Shown one piece after another: positions 62,277 through 64,000 of a stretch of 64,000 nt of DNA (the first letter of the stretch is position 1; each line of letters begins with the position of its first letter). The translations under genes were made by a program, and so were the position numbers. This DNA is from an uncultured Candidatus Entotheonella sp. Lineage in GTDB: Bacteria; Tectomicrobia; Entotheonellia; Entotheonellales; Entotheonellaceae. The notes beneath the pieces are model-generated. The model worked only from the letters and a program-made list of their open reading frames with translations. It did no database searches and was not told where the DNA came from. The stretch lies in contig OZ244252.1 of assembly GCA_965217185.1 (NCBI GenBank), forward strand, positions 512,001-576,000, read 5' to 3'.

Positions 62277-62306
62277 GTCGGATTACGCTGCGCTAATCCG
62301 ACCTAC
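62277..62306. repeat. GTAG-type REP copy between convergent genes
   Basis: GTCGGATTACGCTGCGCTAATCCGACCTAC. Confidence 0.8.
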
Positions 62307-62323
62307 AGCAACCGGTTGGCGGA

Positions 62324-63163
62324 TCAAATGACCGAGGTGACGAAGAGAGCCGTGGACAGGTAGGCGCTGGCCTCCAGCAAGCCGGCAGCGATGTTTTTGT
62401 CCTCGGCGACTTCGTTATCCAGCAGGGTGCTGCGAAACCGGATTGGCCCGCCGAGAATCAGGCACTGTACTACCAGTTGCCGCACCGGGTAGAACACCAC
62501 GACGACCAGCAGGGCGATGGCGAAGCTTAGCAGCGAGTCCGCCAGGGTCGTGAATTCGCCCGACGCGGCCTGTCCGACCACGATGCCCATGGCGATCAGC
62601 AATCCCGCCTGCGCAAGACCCGCCGCCAGGTTGCCGGAACCGATTTCGTGCACGTCGTCGTAACCGGTGAGCCAGCGAAAAACGTAGGTCATGGCCAGCA
62701 AGGCCAACTGGCCCAGGATGAAGAAGAGCAGCAGTATCCAGAAGCCGCCGCCTTCGCCGTCCAACGCCCCGCTATAGGTCAGGCTGGTAGCGACGTAGGC
62801 CCCGGCGACCACGACGGCGGCCGCGACGTTGTGCGCCTCCAGTTGTTCGCGCACGTGCAAGCCCAGGAAGAGCCGGCAACTGACCAGCGTCGTCACGGTC
62901 AGCAGCACGATGCCCAATCCGCCGTATAGCGCCACGTCCAGCACGTCCTGCCACAGGCCGCGGCCCGGCGTGCCGAGCAGCACGGTAATGGTCCAGATCA
63001 CTCCGAACAGATACCCCGCTACGGCCAGGCCCATGGCCGGATTGTCGTGATCGGTCAGCGCTACCCGCAGGCTGAAACCGAGCATCCACTGCAGAACCAG
63101 GCGAGCCAGGACCAGCAGGATCAATGGCGCCGCAACCACAAAGACGACTTCCGTAACACTCAT
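62324..63163 (-). CDS. DUF350-like membrane protein
   Basis: Repeated (D/G/K)N.A.G motif before TM helices (DNPAMG, HNVAAA, GNLAAG, KNIAAG). Confidence 0.78.
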   Translation of the reverse strand: MSVTEVVFVVAAPLILLVLARLVLQWMLGFSLRVALTDHDNPAMGLAVAGYLFGVIWTITVLLGTPGRGLWQDVLDVALYGGLGIVLLTVTTLVSCRLFLGLHVREQLEAHNVAAAVVVAGAYVATSLTYSGALDGEGGGFWILLLFFILGQLALLAMTYVFRWLTGYDDVHEIGSGNLAAGLAQAGLLIAMGIVVGQAASGEFTTLADSLLSFAIALLVVVVFYPVRQLVVQCLILGGPIRFRSTLLDNEVAEDKNIAAGLLEASAYLSTALFVTSVI

Positions 63164-63231
63164 TGCTGGCTTCCTTTGCGAGGGTATCGTGCGCGATAAA
63201 AGGCGAAGTGCGAGCGCAGTATAGCACAGCG

Positions 63232-64000
63232 TCAGGCGGTCCGGCGTTGGCGTATGAATAGGATGAGGGGGGCCACCGCAAGGCACAAGATGACCACCAG
63301 CATGAAGCAATCCTGGTAGGCCGCCACGGACGCCTGTTGCACCAGGTGCCGCTGCACCATGGCCAGGGTCTTGGCTTCCACCATGCCGCCGATCTCACCG
63401 GCGTGCAGCAGGAGGTTGTGGACGGGCGCCACCACGTCGGGCCAGGGCAGGGGCGAGGCCACCTGCTCCTGGGCCAGCATGCCGCTGTGGTAGGTGGTGC
63501 GGCGCTGCAAAACGGTGGTCATCAGGGCCAGACCCATGGTGCCGCCGAGGCCGTGCTGGATCAGATTGATCAGCCCGGAGCCCATGCGCACCTGATCGGG
63601 CCGCAGCACCATCAATGACGCCGCTGCCATCGGGATGAAGATGAACCCCATGGTGAAATAGCGCGCTGCGATCATGCCGATCATCCAGCTCGTGGGGTGG
63701 TCGAGGCTGAGGAAGGAAAACGCATACGTGGCCGCCATAAACATGCCCAAGCCGCAATACATCACCAATCGGCGGTCGACCATGTCCACGAGGCGCCCGG
63801 CGCAGACCGTCGTGAGGGCCATGCCCAGGGCACCCGGCAGCACGATAAATCCCGCCTGTGCCGGGGTGTAGTCGAACAGTCGCTGCAACAGGAAGGTCTG
63901 CAGAAAGTTGGTGCCCCAAAAACCCATGGCGGTGACGAACAAAGCTATCGACACCGCCGCAAAGCCCAGATTGTTGAACAGGCGCAAATCGACCAGCGGC
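63232..64000 (-). CDS. DHA2-family MFS efflux permease, 3' part (runs off window)
   Basis: LFNNLGF, FLLQRLFDYTPAQAG, GRLVDMVDRR and AYQDCF. Confidence 0.85.
   Translation of the reverse strand, partial: PLVDLRLFNNLGFAAVSIALFVTAMGFWGTNFLQTFLLQRLFDYTPAQAGFIVLPGALGMALTTVCAGRLVDMVDRRLVMYCGLGMFMAATYAFSFLSLDHPTSWMIGMIAARYFTMGFIFIPMAAASLMVLRPDQVRMGSGLINLIQHGLGGTMGLALMTTVLQRRTTYHSGMLAQEQVASPLPWPDVVAPVHNLLLHAGEIGGMVEAKTLAMVQRHLVQQASVAAYQDCFMLVVILCLAVAPLILFIRQRRTA

Noticed and set aside
59214..62306. CRISPR array
   Set aside because: Repeats are dispersed between genes, with no regular spacers and no cas genes.

Overview
Bacterial window of roughly 60% GC with four parts. (1) 1-13.7 kb is a decaying defence island. 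It holds the 3' end of a tightly coupled BREX-related operon (probable DUF499-type ATPase C-terminus, stand-alone PglZ-like phosphatase-fold protein, DUF1156-type adenine methyltransferase, 173-aa unknown, SNF2 helicase), a yefM-yoeB toxin-antitoxin pair and a type II-like restriction-modification pair. Both methyltransferase genes and the endonuclease gene are interrupted by a different mobile element: a 112-bp MITE with CTAG duplication, a 1496-bp IS and a 1288-bp IS5-type element. Removing each element plus one target duplication rejoins the reading frame at that junction. (2) 13.8-33 kb is accessory metabolism: Rieske ferredoxin-leuD-leuC-LLM-MutS-like-panE, MFS, acyl-CoA ligase, AKR, Uma2, aldolase/SDRs, a haloacetate-dehalogenase-like hydrolase and a signal-less DUF1501-DUF1800 pair followed by an NHL gene. 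(3) 33.1-57 kb is core genome: a dcw cluster lacking murD and ddl, with an unexplained AT-rich trough inside murC, then rnpB, a cytochrome c, tsaD and a C-terminal protease. (4) 57-64 kb is envelope genes (porin with a long leader, secreted proteins, DUF350, DHA2 MFS) separated by GTAG-type REP palindromes. All family assignments come from motif recognition by eye; no database searches were run.
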